The notes below the pieces were generated by a model that searched no databases, had not been told where the DNA came from, and was given only the letters and a program-made list of their open reading frames with translations. The position numbers and the translations under genes are program-made. 64,000 bases of DNA, from the NCBI GenBank assembly GCA_965246715.1, contig CBDFFH010000049.1, positions 73,778-137,777 on the forward strand, given 5' to 3'. Positions 24,437 through 36,035 of the stretch are shown piece after piece. Source of the stretch: Chamaesiphon sp. (GTDB lineage: Bacteria > Cyanobacteriota > Cyanobacteriia > Cyanobacteriales > Chamaesiphonaceae). Within the stretch, counting starts at the first letter, position 1. Each line of letters opens with the position of its first letter.

Positions 24437-27292
24437 ATGGCTTCAAACGACCGAGACACCATTCGCATCCGTGGTGCGAAGCAGCACAATCTCAAGAATA
24501 TTAGCCTAGAGCTACCACGCGATCGAGCAATTGTCTTCACCGGGGTGTCTGGTTCGGGAAAATCTTCGCTGGCGTTCGACACTATTTTTGCAGAGGGACA
24601 GCGGCGGTACGTTGAGTCTCTAAGTGCCTACGCGCGGCAATTCTTGGGACAATTGGATAAGCCGGATGTCGATGCGATCGAAGGTTTGAGTCCGGCAATC
24701 TCGATCGATCAAAAATCTACTTCCAATAATCCCCGATCGACTGTCGGTACGGTTACTGAAATTTACGATTATTTTCGATTATTATTTGGGCGTGCTGGTA
24801 CACCGCATTGTCCGCATTGCGAGCGATCTATTGCGCCCCAAACGATCGATGAAATGAGCGATCGGATTCGCAATTTGCCAGAACGAACTAAGTTTCAGAT
24901 TTTAGCACCGATCGTCAGGGGCAAAAAAGGTACGCATCAAAAGGTGTTGTCGAGCCTGACATCCGAAGGATTCGTACGCGTTCGTGTTGATGGTGAAGTC
25001 CGCGAATTAGGCGATCGAATCGTCTTAGATAAAAATCAAAGTCATACCGTTGAAATTGTGGTCGATCGATTGGTAAATAAGGAAGGAATCGAATCGCGAT
25101 TGTCTGATTCTTTGACTACTTGTTTGCGGCATGGTGAAGGAATTGCCATTATCTCAATTATTAAAGATGAAGCCGATCCAAATAACTCAGATTTACCAAA
25201 TGAATTAGTCTTTTCTGAGAAATTCGCTTGTCCCGAACATGGGGCGGTGATGGAAGAATTATCGCCGCGATTGTTTTCGTTTAACTCGCCTTACGGCGCT
25301 TGTTCGGCTTGTCATGGCATTGGCAGTTCGCGCACGTTCGATCCAGAATTAATCGTTCCCGATCCGGATGCTTCGGTATATCATGCGATCGCCCCGTGGT
25401 CGGATAAGGATACCTCTTATTATTTGTCGCTATTATATAGCTTGGGACAGGCAGCCGGTTTTGCCTTAGATACGCCGTGGAAGAAACTTACTCCCGAACA
25501 GCAAGCCCTGGTTTTATACGGTCGCGATGAGCCGATTTGGATGGAAGATGTGGACGACCATCGCCGCTTTAAAGGGGTGGTAAAAATCCTCGATCGCCAG
25601 TACAATGATGCCTCAGAATTGCAGAAACAAAAGCTCGAACAGTACTTAACAGATCGACCTTGTGAAGTGTGCAGCGGTAAACGCCTAAAAGCAGAAGCTC
25701 GATCGGTTAAGTTGGGACAATATGGGATTCTTGATTTTACTAATGTTGCGATCGATGAATGTCTCGATCGAATTCATCAATTAAAACTCACCGATAAACA
25801 AGCAAAAATCGGCGAACTCGTTCTCAAAGAAATCATCGCTAGATTGCAATTTTTGCTCGACGTGGGATTAGATTATTTGACACTCGATCGGGCAGCGATG
25901 ACACTTTCAGGTGGTGAAGCGCAACGAATTCGGCTAGCAACCCAAATCGGTTCCGGTTTAACTGGAGTATTATATGTCCTCGACGAGCCGAGTATCGGTT
26001 TGCACCAACGGGATAATGGCCGACTTTTGAAAACACTGACGAAATTACGCGACTTGGGGAACACGCTAATCATCGTCGAACATGATGAAGATACCATCCG
26101 GGCTGCTGATTATATCGTCGATATCGGCCCTGGTGCTGGGGTAAATGGCGGTAATATCGTCTGTCAGGGAGATCTGCAAACGCTCCTCGATTCCGCAGAT
26201 TCGATCACTGGGGCATATTTATCGGGGAGACTGGGAATCCAGACACCAACAGTCCGCCGCGAGGGCAATGGACGCAGTTTGGTATTAAAAAATGCTTGTC
26301 GGAACAATCTCAATCATCTCGATGTTGAGTTTCCCTTGGGCAAATTAGTCGCGGTTACTGGTGTCTCCGGTTCGGGGAAATCGACTTTAATCAACGAACT
26401 TCTTCACCCTGCCTTACAACATCACCTCACCAAGCGGGTACCATTTCCCAAAGATGTGGACGAACTCCAAGGCATCGGCGCGATCGATAAAGTCATTATC
26501 ATCGATCAATCACCGATCGGGCGCACCCCGCGATCGAATCCCGTCACTTATACAGGCGTATTCGACACCATCCGCGAAGTTTTCACCCAAACCATCGAAG
26601 CCAAAACGCGCGGCTATAAAGCTGGACAATTTTCCTTCAACGTCAAAGGTGGACGCTGCGAAGCCTGTAGCGGACAAGGCGTAAACATCATCGAGATGAA
26701 CTTCCTCCCCGATGTCTACGTGCAATGCGATGTCTGTAAAGGCGAGCGCTACAACCGCGAAACTCTCCAAGTTAAATATAAGGGTAAATCGATCGCCGAT
26801 GTCCTAAATATGACCGTCGAAGAAGGTTTAGACTTCTTTCAAAATATCCCCCGCGCCTCCACCAGGCTACAAACGCTGGTAGATGTCGGCTTAGGCTACG
26901 TCAAACTCGGACAAACCGCCCCCACACTCTCTGGTGGCGAAGCCCAACGCGTCAAACTCGCCACCGAACTCTCCAAACGTGCCACTGGCAAAACCTTGTA
27001 TCTGATCGACGAACCCACCACGGGACTCTCATTTTACGATGTTCACAAGCTCCTAGACGTGCTGCAAAGACTAGTAGATAAGGGAAACTCCATTATCGTC
27101 ATCGAACACAATCTCGACGTGATTCGCTGCTCCGACTGGACGATCGATCTCGGCCCCGAAGGTGGTAATAAAGGGGGAGAATTAGTAGCAATGGGGACAC
27201 CGGAACAGGTGGCGAAAAATTCGGTTTCGCATACAGGGAAATATCTGAAGCAAGTGTTGAAGCAGCATTTAACCCAAGCAATCGCCACCTAG
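24437..27292 (+). CDS. uvrA: excinuclease ABC subunit A
   Basis: Two GVSGSGKS Walker A motifs, two LSGGEAQR signatures, zinc fingers; ATG at 24437. Confidence 0.98.
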   Translation: MASNDRDTIRIRGAKQHNLKNISLELPRDRAIVFTGVSGSGKSSLAFDTIFAEGQRRYVESLSAYARQFLGQLDKPDVDAIEGLSPAISIDQKSTSNNPRSTVGTVTEIYDYFRLLFGRAGTPHCPHCERSIAPQTIDEMSDRIRNLPERTKFQILAPIVRGKKGTHQKVLSSLTSEGFVRVRVDGEVRELGDRIVLDKNQSHTVEIVVDRLVNKEGIESRLSDSLTTCLRHGEGIAIISIIKDEADPNNSDLPNELVFSEKFACPEHGAVMEELSPRLFSFNSPYGACSACHGIGSSRTFDPELIVPDPDASVYHAIAPWSDKDTSYYLSLLYSLGQAAGFALDTPWKKLTPEQQALVLYGRDEPIWMEDVDDHRRFKGVVKILDRQYNDASELQKQKLEQYLTDRPCEVCSGKRLKAEARSVKLGQYGILDFTNVAIDECLDRIHQLKLTDKQAKIGELVLKEIIARLQFLLDVGLDYLTLDRAAMTLSGGEAQRIRLATQIGSGLTGVLYVLDEPSIGLHQRDNGRLLKTLTKLRDLGNTLIIVEHDEDTIRAADYIVDIGPGAGVNGGNIVCQGDLQTLLDSADSITGAYLSGRLGIQTPTVRREGNGRSLVLKNACRNNLNHLDVEFPLGKLVAVTGVSGSGKSTLINELLHPALQHHLTKRVPFPKDVDELQGIGAIDKVIIIDQSPIGRTPRSNPVTYTGVFDTIREVFTQTIEAKTRGYKAGQFSFNVKGGRCEACSGQGVNIIEMNFLPDVYVQCDVCKGERYNRETLQVKYKGKSIADVLNMTVEEGLDFFQNIPRASTRLQTLVDVGLGYVKLGQTAPTLSGGEAQRVKLATELSKRATGKTLYLIDEPTTGLSFYDVHKLLDVLQRLVDKGNSIIVIEHNLDVIRCSDWTIDLGPEGGNKGGELVAMGTPEQVAKNSVSHTGKYLKQVLKQHLTQAIAT

Positions 27293-27365
27293 CTCGGCTC
27301 TCGATCGACAATTTATAGATAGAATCAACCTAGGCAAAGCCAAAATCGTAAAATATCAAATTATT

Positions 27366-27500
27366 ATGAAAGCATACGAACTACCAGCAAGAATCGCCTC
27401 ATCAGGGAATATAGAGATTCTAAATTTGAATTCAATAGAAATTTCGATCGGATCGAAGATTAAGGTAAAATTGGCAAGACAAATTTTTGAGCACAACTAA
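27366..27500 (+). pseudogene. truncated small antitoxin-like/hypothetical gene
   Basis: MKAYELPARIASSGNIEI... resembles the N-terminus of small cyanobacterial MKAYEFPAK-type proteins and stops after 44 aa. Confidence 0.35.
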
Positions 27501-27828
27501 ACCAGAAAATCGGCTTCAAACAGTTCAACTTAAGGACAATTAGCATCAAATAGACACAAGAATTCTATCACCAGCCTAAATTCAGTACAAGTCAACTACT
27601 TCACGACCCTGTAATCGGCTTAAAATCTGATAGCATTCTCTGGAACCCACATTCCGCTAGTCCAAGCGATCGAAAAATAATTAAAACGAAGCCATAGGAG
27701 CGTAGCAGTTATATTCTCAATAAGCTCAGACTATTGAGAACAATCTCTCGATCGCTAAAAAGAAACTAAATCGCTAGAAAGCTTGATGTAAAAGGATTCT
27801 GAATCTTATTGTTTTTTAGGCGATCGAA

Positions 27829-28147
27829 CTAGTACTGAGCGGCTCAAATAGAGTTACTATTTAGGAAAGAACTTCAGGAGGCCAGAAAGATAGTGCCCCG
27901 ACTAAGTGCAGAGCCAATTGAACTGAATGAATTAGAGCGAAAAGAACTAGCACATTTGCTCAAAAAACCGAGTACGCCACAACAAATAGCCCTGCGAGCC
28001 AAAATAGTGCTACAAGCAGATAAACAAGAAAGTCATGGGGAAATCGCCAAAGAATTGGGCATCAGTAAGAAGATGAGCCGTCTGTGGCGACGAAGAGGGC
28101 GAGAACTGACCGCAAAACAAGTGCCAGTGCTTGAAAGATTGCTATAG
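27829..28147 (+). pseudogene. IS630-family transposase N-terminal HTH remnant (ORF 27893-28147) with probable left end
   Basis: ERKELAHLLKKPSTPQQIALRAKIVL...IAKELGIS...WRRR; no DDE domain; ctagtactgagcggc possible terminus. Confidence 0.75.
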
Positions 28148-28397
28148 ATCCCTCTTTTATTACTCTCGCCAGAAGATTAAATTTGCTTTCGATCGAATAT
28201 CGTTTGCTGTCTAAGGTTTGAGAGCTAATTTCTAACATTTTAGAATTGGGGGCGGTGAAAATTGAAACTGTTAGTAATTAAGCTCTCGATCGCTTGCGTG
28301 AAGACATCTCTATCGATCGAGAGCGATTTTACCTTTCCTGGAGTGATAAAAGAAAGAAGATAATAAAAAGCATGAAACTGAGGAGTTGAAATAATAT

Positions 28398-28420
28398 GTA
28401 GGGTGGGCATTGCCCACCAC
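28398..28420 (+). repeat. GTAG REP-like hairpin
   Basis: gtagggtgggcattgcccaccac; an inverted relative lies at 48363-48384. Confidence 0.7.
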
Positions 28421-28467
28421 CTAGATTTTAGGATTTTTTAATGTTATAAATATTTACGCCAACCTAC

Positions 28468-29352
28468 TTAAGAGATAAAATCTAAGATTGCAGTTGCGGT
28501 AGCTTGCACTTTTTCTAAATGGGGAACGTGGCCACAATTTTCGATCCATTGCAGTCGAGAGTTAGGTAAATTCCCGCTAAATAATCGTGCTGGTTTAGTG
28601 CCTAAAATTCGATCGCGATCGCCCCACAAAATCAAAGTTTCTTGCTGAATCTCTGACAATCGATCGATAATATAGCCATAGCCACCGCTCCGCGTAAACG
28701 CAATTAAAGCTTCGCTCCAGTGTGGCATTTCTAGATGCAAAGCCGCACATACTAGCGAGTCATCCGTTACGAAAGATCGATCGACATAAGCTTTTTCGCT
28801 CACACTTTTCCGCACGTTAGGAGTAGATAAAAATTTAGTTGCTAACGCACCTAAAGGCTGGATTAAAAATTTCCCGATCGCAGGTGGTTGAGTATATCCG
28901 GCACTATCGATGAGAATCAGTTGATGGACTACTTCGGGATGTGCGAGGGTAAATTCGATCGCGGCGGCTCCACCCATCGATACGCCAACTAAAATCATCG
29001 GTTGGTGGATTAATTGCTCCCAAGTTGCATACAGATGAGTTTGGATACTTTTCGTACTAAACTGACAAGTTGGCCACCGTTCGGTAAACCCAAATCCCAA
29101 TAAATCGATCGCCCAAACTTGTTGTTTTGTAGCAATTAACGGGACGATTCGCCGAAACTCAAAAATCGAACTATCGAATCCATGTAAAAACACGATCGGT
29201 ATTCTACCCTCACCTTGCCGGACATAGCTGGTAGCAATTGGTTGAGGGAGTAATGGTGTTGCGATCTCCACCCGCTGAATCTGCTTGGCAAATTCGATCG
29301 AATCTGGCTCTGTCAGTCGCTCGACACTAGTAGGTAAAAAGTCAGGAAACAA
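28468..29352 (-). CDS. alpha/beta fold hydrolase
   Basis: HGFDSS, GVSMGG, WGDRD and CGHVPHLE. Confidence 0.9.
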   Translation of the reverse strand: MFPDFLPTSVERLTEPDSIEFAKQIQRVEIATPLLPQPIATSYVRQGEGRIPIVFLHGFDSSIFEFRRIVPLIATKQQVWAIDLLGFGFTERWPTCQFSTKSIQTHLYATWEQLIHQPMILVGVSMGGAAAIEFTLAHPEVVHQLILIDSAGYTQPPAIGKFLIQPLGALATKFLSTPNVRKSVSEKAYVDRSFVTDDSLVCAALHLEMPHWSEALIAFTRSGGYGYIIDRLSEIQQETLILWGDRDRILGTKPARLFSGNLPNSRLQWIENCGHVPHLEKVQATATAILDFIS

Positions 29353-29367
29353 GGGATAAATTGTGAA

Positions 29368-31125
29368 TTAACTAAAACTACTAATCGCACCAGAATAAAT
29401 CAGACCTTTTTGGATGTCGAGCGTAATCACTGTGCCGCTACGGATCGTACTAGTGGCATTCTTGACACCGACTATTACAGGGATATCCAAGCGCAAACCC
29501 AATACTGCTGCATGACTAGTCATTCCCTCTTCTTCGACGACAATTGCCGCAGCCTTGCGAATGGCATCTAGATACTCAGCATTAGTTTTTGTCGCAATCA
29601 GAATATCTCCTTTATTAAAGTGGGCGACATCTTGAGCTGTGCGTGCAACATAGGCGGCACCAGTTACCAATCCGTGGCCGATCCCGATCCCTTGACCCAA
29701 AATCGCCGTGACGACTTCAACCTTAACTAAGTCAGTAGAGCCAGCTACCCCTTGGGTACCAGAAGTGATCACCACGAGATCGCCTTCTTGCAGTAGATTG
29801 GTTTGCTTGGCCATCTCGATCGCAGCTTGGAAATTATCGTTGACATTGGGTAAATCGAGCAGGAGCATCGGTTGAACTCCCCAAACGAGCTGTAGTCGCC
29901 GCGCCACATCTACATGCGGTGTGACGGCGAGAATCGGCTTGGATGGGCGGAATTTGGACACGCTGCGGGCAGTCGCTCCGGTTTTGGTGAAGGGGATGAT
30001 GGCGGCGGCTCCGAGTTGTTCGGCGATATTACCGACGGCTTCGCTGATGGCATTGGGAATCGATCGCTTGTTGTCTTCCCAGCGGCGGGAGAGTTTTTCT
30101 TTTTCAGTTTCTAAGGCGATTTTGGCCATCGTTTCGACAGCTTCGATCGGATAGATACCGACAGCGGTTTCGTTCGAGAGCATGACGGCATCAGTACCGT
30201 CCAGAATCGCATTGGCTACGTCCGAAATTTCGGCGCGAGTACCACGGGGGTTATTCACCATACTATCGAGCATTTGGGTAGCCGTAATAATCGGAATCCC
30301 CAACCGATTGGCGGTGGCGATTAATTGTTTCTGAATTCTGGGGACTTGTTCGGCGGGTAATTCTACACCCAAGTCGCCGCGTGCTACCATCACCCCATCG
30401 CAGAGGATCAGGATTTCTTCCATTTGTTCGATCGCCTCATGTTTCTCGATCTTGGCGATTACGGGGGTTTCTTTGCCAGCATTGGCAATAAGTTCTTTAA
30501 TTTCGAGGATGTCGGCGGGGTTGCGGACGAAGCTGAGAGCAACCCAATCGACACCCTGATCCAATCCAAACATCAAGTCTTGACGGTCTTTGTCGGTGAG
30601 CGCCTTGATCGAGAGATAGACCCCAGGGAAATTTACCCCTTTGCTATTGGACAATGGCCCGCCCACGACTACTTTGCAGTGCAATTCATGAGTAGTGGTA
30701 TCGACTGCGGTGACTACCATCTCGACCTTACCGTCATCAAGCAGGATCGTCGAACCGACAGGGACTTCTTCAGCAAGCGTATCGTAGGTAACAGAACTAA
30801 TCGTCTGGGTACCTGGGATAATCTTGCTCGTCAGTGTGAACGGATCGCCGTTTTTGACGACGATCGAGCCATCGGCAAATTTCCCTAGGCGAATTTTTGG
30901 CCCTTGTAAATCTTGGAGGATTCCAACAGGCTGATTGAGTTCAAACGAGATTTGCCGAATCAGCCGAATATTTGCCAAATGGTCGTCGTGAGTCCCATGT
31001 GAAAAATTGAGGCGGAGAGTTGTCGCTCCAGCTTGAATTAGTTTTTTTAGGACTTCAGGACTACTAGTTGCAGGGCCGATGGTAGCAACGATCTTAGTTC
31101 GGCGGAGGGAATCTCGCAATTGCAT
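29368..31125 (-). CDS. pyk: pyruvate kinase with C-terminal PEP-utiliser mobile domain
   Basis: RRTKIVATIGPA, RLNFSHG, MVARGDLGVE, ATQMLDSM and TSHAA. Confidence 0.97.
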   Translation of the reverse strand: MQLRDSLRRTKIVATIGPATSSPEVLKKLIQAGATTLRLNFSHGTHDDHLANIRLIRQISFELNQPVGILQDLQGPKIRLGKFADGSIVVKNGDPFTLTSKIIPGTQTISSVTYDTLAEEVPVGSTILLDDGKVEMVVTAVDTTTHELHCKVVVGGPLSNSKGVNFPGVYLSIKALTDKDRQDLMFGLDQGVDWVALSFVRNPADILEIKELIANAGKETPVIAKIEKHEAIEQMEEILILCDGVMVARGDLGVELPAEQVPRIQKQLIATANRLGIPIITATQMLDSMVNNPRGTRAEISDVANAILDGTDAVMLSNETAVGIYPIEAVETMAKIALETEKEKLSRRWEDNKRSIPNAISEAVGNIAEQLGAAAIIPFTKTGATARSVSKFRPSKPILAVTPHVDVARRLQLVWGVQPMLLLDLPNVNDNFQAAIEMAKQTNLLQEGDLVVITSGTQGVAGSTDLVKVEVVTAILGQGIGIGHGLVTGAAYVARTAQDVAHFNKGDILIATKTNAEYLDAIRKAAAIVVEEEGMTSHAAVLGLRLDIPVIVGVKNATSTIRSGTVITLDIQKGLIYSGAISSFS

Positions 31126-31510
31126 GAAGTTACAGTCAAAGGAGCAAAGAGTTTATAGAGGGTGGTAATCTTGGCTTAGCTGATGCTTTGCTCTCAAGGC
31201 ACACCATTTAGCGATCGAGTTTGACCTGCGTTATCGATCGGGCGGATGCATCGCGATCGGTCACAGATAACACAGGATGGTACCACAGAACCGTTGCCAG
31301 TTATCGGCAATCTGAGAATTAGTTTGGGGCCGATGGCGGCTGGCGATCGTTCGAGCACAAATTGTTACTAAATTACAGAGATAATCTGAGACAATATGTC
31401 AGTTCATCGTCGATCTTGGGGATTAATAGTTTTACAGGAGAAAATAGCCCGATCTCCAATGTCTAAATCCATTTTCTCAACACCGATTCGGTGCTTAGTA
31501 ATCTCAACCG

Positions 31511-33715
31511 ATGATATGCCCTCAGACTGCTGACGCAATACCGATAGTCGATCGCACCCCTCAACAACACCAAAAGTCGTTCAGTCGTTCGCCGATAACT
31601 GAGATCGAATCACACATGACAATCGGACACCCACCGCATCATCCGCCCCTAGTCCTCATCGTTGACGATGATGATTTGGTCAGATCGTTACTGCACGAGA
31701 AAATGAGGATCGATGGCTACCAAGTCGCCACAGCTTGTAATGGTGAAGAAGCACTGATTACCTATCGAGAAGTGCAGCCAGATATCGTGTTGATGGATGG
31801 GGTGATGCCAGGGATGGATGGGTTTGAATGCTGCGAACGCTTGCAACAGCTACCTGGTGGCGATCTGACCCCAGTATTGATGATCACTGGATTGGATGAT
31901 AGCGGTTCGCTCGATCGAGCTTATGAGGTAGGTGCTGCCGATTATATTACCAAACCGATTCACTGGGCAGTGTTGCGCCAACGCGTCAAGCGCATCCTCA
32001 ACCAATCGCAATTATATCGGGAGCTAGAAGCCTCAAACTTAGCTCTACGTCAGACAGCAGAGCAACTTCAGAGCCAGAATCATCTGCTCGAACAGTCCAA
32101 AAAAGTCGCAGAATCAGCGAATAAAGCTAAAAGCGCGTTTTTGGCAGCTATGAGTCACGAAATTCGCACACCCATGAATGGGGTGATCGGCATGACGGGG
32201 TTGCTATTAGATACCGAACTAACGCCCCAACAGCATGAATTTGTCAGTACGATCCGGCATAGTGGCGATGCGCTACTAACCCTCATCAATGATATTCTGG
32301 ACTTTTCCAAAATCGAATCGGGCAAGCTCGAACTAGATTATCAACCATTTGACATCCGCGACTGTATCGAAGAAACGCTCGATCTGTTGGCTCCTAAAGC
32401 AGCTGAAAAAAATCTCGAACTTGCTTATTTAATCTATAAGAATACTCCGAGTTGGATCGTTGGTGATGTCACTAGAATCAGACAAATTTTGGTTAATTTA
32501 GTTGGTAATGGCCTAAAATTTACCAATTCCGGTGAAGTGGTCGTCGGCGTAACCGCGAGAAAAATTACCCCGATCGATGAAGACCCAATCGTCAGTGCCG
32601 ACTGCCCGACTTATGAGGTCAGATTCGTTGTTAAAGATACTGGCATCGGTATTCCGCAAGATAAGATCGATCGACTATTTAAAGCTTTCAGTCAAGTCGA
32701 TTCTTCGACTACCCGTAATTATGGAGGGACGGGTTTAGGACTGATCATCAGTCGGCGACTGACCGAATTAATGGGTGGACGGATGTGGGTAGAGAGTAAT
32801 GGCGAGAGTGGATCGAGCTTCTTTTTTACGATTATGGCCAAAGCTGCGCCAAGATTGCATCACGATCGTCAGCAGGAGCAACAAAAGACTGAAAAACTTC
32901 AAGGCAAGCGCTTATTAATTGTCGAAGATAACTCCACCCATCGTAAAATTTTGGCGCTTCAAGCTCAGTCTTGGGGAATGTTATCGCATCCTACAGAATC
33001 CGGAGCCGAGGCTCTCAAATTACTAAATCTACGCGGTCATTTCGATCTGGCAATTTTGGATATGCAAATGCCTGGAATGGACGGTCTCAGACTCGCTCAA
33101 GAAATTCGGAAAATTCCCGAATATAAAAAGTTACCGTTGGTAATGCTCAGCTCGTTGAGTATCAGCCGGATGGAAATTGAGGCGGCACAAGTTGATTTTG
33201 CGGCAATTTTAAATAAACCGATCAAACAATTTCAACTCCAAGATGTCCTCTCACATATTTTAGGCGATCGAGCCGATCTCGAGATGGTTACACCCAGACT
33301 AAAACCATCTAACTACGATCTTTATCAACCGACATTTCCGTTACGCATTCTCTTGGCTGAAGATAATCTGGTCAACCAAAAAGTTGCCATCCACATCTTA
33401 AAGCGCATCGGTTACCAAGCTGATATTGCCATCAATGGCTTGGAAGTGCTCGAACTGCTCAAGCATAATACTTATGATGTGATCCTGATGGATTTACAGA
33501 TGCCCAAAATGGACGGTTTAGAAGCAACGCGGCGAATTTTTGCCGAATTCCCCGAACATCGCTGTCCGACAATTATTGCGATGACTGCCAATGCTCTAGA
33601 ATGCGACAAGCAAGACTGTCTCGCTGCGGGGATGTATGACTACGTAACTAAACCCGTGAAGGTCGAACAGTTAGCGCTCGCACTGAGCCAGTGTCAGCCG
33701 TTATTATTGGTGTGA
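31511..33715 (+). CDS. cytoplasmic hybrid histidine kinase (REC-HisKA-HATPase-REC-REC)
   Basis: [11 protein letters not shown]-box, N/G1/F/G2 boxes, three receiver domains, no TM or sensor domain; start may be ATG near 31616. Confidence 0.92.
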   Translation: MICPQTADAIPIVDRTPQQHQKSFSRSPITEIESHMTIGHPPHHPPLVLIVDDDDLVRSLLHEKMRIDGYQVATACNGEEALITYREVQPDIVLMDGVMPGMDGFECCERLQQLPGGDLTPVLMITGLDDSGSLDRAYEVGAADYITKPIHWAVLRQRVKRILNQSQLYRELEASNLALRQTAEQLQSQNHLLEQSKKVAESANKAKSAFLAAMSHEIRTPMNGVIGMTGLLLDTELTPQQHEFVSTIRHSGDALLTLINDILDFSKIESGKLELDYQPFDIRDCIEETLDLLAPKAAEKNLELAYLIYKNTPSWIVGDVTRIRQILVNLVGNGLKFTNSGEVVVGVTARKITPIDEDPIVSADCPTYEVRFVVKDTGIGIPQDKIDRLFKAFSQVDSSTTRNYGGTGLGLIISRRLTELMGGRMWVESNGESGSSFFFTIMAKAAPRLHHDRQQEQQKTEKLQGKRLLIVEDNSTHRKILALQAQSWGMLSHPTESGAEALKLLNLRGHFDLAILDMQMPGMDGLRLAQEIRKIPEYKKLPLVMLSSLSISRMEIEAAQVDFAAILNKPIKQFQLQDVLSHILGDRADLEMVTPRLKPSNYDLYQPTFPLRILLAEDNLVNQKVAIHILKRIGYQADIAINGLEVLELLKHNTYDVILMDLQMPKMDGLEATRRIFAEFPEHRCPTIIAMTANALECDKQDCLAAGMYDYVTKPVKVEQLALALSQCQPLLLV

Positions 33716-33781
33716 TCGCCCCAACCTTTGTGGGTTTCGATCGCTGCCATAATTAAAATTAGACTTACAACCGATCGATTT

Positions 33782-34183
33782 ATGTCTTTTTGTTATGACT
33801 ATACGGTACAGTTTCGGGATACCGACGCGGCAGGAGTCGTGTATTTTGCCAGTATATTATCGATTTGCCATATAGCTTATGAAGCATCTTTAGTTGAGTC
33901 AGGAATCGAGCTAAGATCGTTTGTGAGCAATTCTGAATTTGCTGTACCGATCGCTCATGTATCTGCTGATTTTTTTAGACCATTATATTGTGGCGATCGA
34001 ATTAATATCGAACTCACATCTACTTGCGTCGATGAGTATAAATTTGAGATCGCCTATCGAGTTTTCATGAGCGAACGAGTTGCTGCTACAGTCACGACCA
34101 GACATGTGGCGATCGAGCCTCAACTCAGAAAGCGGCGGGAGTTGCCAGAATCGATCGTTCATTGGCTTGCCCAGTGGAACTAA
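33782..34183 (+). CDS. hot-dog thioesterase, likely 1,4-dihydroxy-2-naphthoyl-CoA hydrolase
   Basis: DTDAAGVVYFA motif; adjacent to menE. Confidence 0.85.
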   Translation: MSFCYDYTVQFRDTDAAGVVYFASILSICHIAYEASLVESGIELRSFVSNSEFAVPIAHVSADFFRPLYCGDRINIELTSTCVDEYKFEIAYRVFMSERVAATVTTRHVAIEPQLRKRRELPESIVHWLAQWN

Positions 34184-35538
34184 TAGTTACTTAAATTCGC
34201 TCGAGCAGATATCTCTCGTGCTAGTAATTCTACTGCATCGATCGAGATTTTACCGAGTGAGTTACGGGGAATTTGGGATACTTTCAGCCAGTGTTTGGGG
34301 ATCTTATATTTACTCAGCTTACCGGAGATCGCATTGACTAGTCGCTCTTGTGAAACTGGAAAGTCACCCTCTACATATACAGCAGCAACTACCTGTCCCC
34401 AATAAGGATCGGGTAAACCGACTACCCATGTATCTATGACTAATCCGGTTGCCATAATTGCGTTGACAACCTCGATCGGAAACACATTTTCACCGCCTGT
34501 GATAATTTTGCCACTATTGCGCCCGACGATCGTTAAATATCCGCGATCGTCGATTATTCCCAGATCGTCAGGGTCGAAATATTGGGTTGGATCTAGATCT
34601 GGAAAATATCCCAGCATTAGCGATTTAGCCTTAATTTGAATCGTGCCTACACCATCATCTCCAGGAGATCGCGTGCTAATTTTCGCATGAGATAAAACTC
34701 TGCCACAACTATTATTACCATCTAAAAATTCTGTTGGTTTGAGGCTGGTAATTTGTGATGCTGTTTCTGTCATCCCATAGGTTAAAGCTAGGGGAAGTCT
34801 AGAATTTCTCGATCGACTTAATAAGTCTAGACTGGGTGGTGCGCCGCCGAGTAAGATCGTTTTAAATCCAGTTAGCCAAATTGAATCTAATTCTAATAAT
34901 TTATGTAATTGAGTGGGTACGAGCGAGATAAAATAACGATCGCGATCGATTTGATGGAGAAGTTTCGAAGTGATATAAAGCTGATGATAGTCGATAATTA
35001 ATATCTTGCCATCAGTCAATAGCGATCTCATGAGTTGCATCAAACCACTGACATGATGCAGCGGTAAAACGCAGACGCAGTTAATTTTAGCTACTGCATA
35101 AAACTCTTGAAATCCCCAGACAGAAGCACTCAAAGTTCTCCAGGTATGAGTGGCAAATTTGACTGCTCCCGACGAGCCACCAGTCGGAATCATGATGCAA
35201 TGACGATGGCAATCTCGATCGACTTTGGCGGTTAAATTATTAACTCGTTCCCACTCTACCTTTCCCCAGTGAGGATCGCAGAGAAAAAGTGGAATACCCA
35301 GGCGTAATCCAGCTATGAATTCAGCGATAAACTCGATCGGATCGCAGGTGGAGATCGCGATAAAACTGGGTGAAGATTGGGTGAATTCGGCTAATTTTCG
35401 CTCGGTAAGATCGATCGCAATTTTACCATTAACAGCTACCAACCATCCAGCCTGTAATCGTTGGCAAAATAATTGATAAATCTGTTCAGCCAAAACTTCG
35501 CGCGCTAACGGATTGTCGATCGGGCGATCTTGTTGCAA
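34180..35538 (-). CDS. menE: o-succinylbenzoate--CoA ligase
   Basis: PTGGSSG, LPLHHVSG, SLVPTQL, YGMTETASQ and ITGGENV. Confidence 0.88.
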   Translation of the reverse strand: MQQDRPIDNPLAREVLAEQIYQLFCQRLQAGWLVAVNGKIAIDLTERKLAEFTQSSPSFIAISTCDPIEFIAEFIAGLRLGIPLFLCDPHWGKVEWERVNNLTAKVDRDCHRHCIMIPTGGSSGAVKFATHTWRTLSASVWGFQEFYAVAKINCVCVLPLHHVSGLMQLMRSLLTDGKILIIDYHQLYITSKLLHQIDRDRYFISLVPTQLHKLLELDSIWLTGFKTILLGGAPPSLDLLSRSRNSRLPLALTYGMTETASQITSLKPTEFLDGNNSCGRVLSHAKISTRSPGDDGVGTIQIKAKSLMLGYFPDLDPTQYFDPDDLGIIDDRGYLTIVGRNSGKIITGGENVFPIEVVNAIMATGLVIDTWVVGLPDPYWGQVVAAVYVEGDFPVSQERLVNAISGKLSKYKIPKHWLKVSQIPRNSLGKISIDAVELLAREISARANLSNY

Positions 35539-35684
35539 GCTAAATCTGACTCCCAGATATTTTGATAAAAAATTACCCCCAACTACTTACTTACACGATT
35601 GTAGAAGAGGGAATAGGAGATATAAAGTTGAGTAAACGAGATATAGAGGTGCATCAAAAAGCACATAGAACAGTGGGCAACTGA

Positions 35685-36029
35685 CTAATCAGCGTCTTTA
35701 CTGACTACTTGGGGTAAACCCATGCTGTAATTTAACACCCTACTGTCGAGATTATAGCCGATCTCGCCTTTTTGGAGAAGCGATCGCACGAAATGTTCGA
35801 GATCCGAGCCGATCCGTCGCAGATTATATTCTGTCAAATCAGCTCCGCTGTAAGATTCTACCAAATCGTCGAATTGCCCATATACTTTCCGCAGCGCGTC
35901 TTCGCTCCAGACTAATTCGTTATCTGGATCTACATCCAAAGTTAATGCTTGTTCGCTGGGAATTAGTTCGTTATTTGTGACTTCGGCAGTATAAATATGA
36001 ATGTGACGGGTAGTAGATTTTAGTAACAT
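35685..36029 (-). CDS. ndhM: NDH-1 subunit M
   Basis: MLLKSTTRHIHIYTAE, LDVDPDNE, EYNLRRIGSDLE and NYSMGLP. Confidence 0.96.
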   Translation of the reverse strand: MLLKSTTRHIHIYTAEVTNNELIPSEQALTLDVDPDNELVWSEDALRKVYGQFDDLVESYSGADLTEYNLRRIGSDLEHFVRSLLQKGEIGYNLDSRVLNYSMGLPQVVSKDAD

Positions 36030-36035
36030 GCGGGA

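Noticed and set aside
27462..28335. 10-bp inverted match aaggtaaaat / attttacctt as IS ends
   Set aside because: Short, AT-rich and without a target duplication; could be chance.
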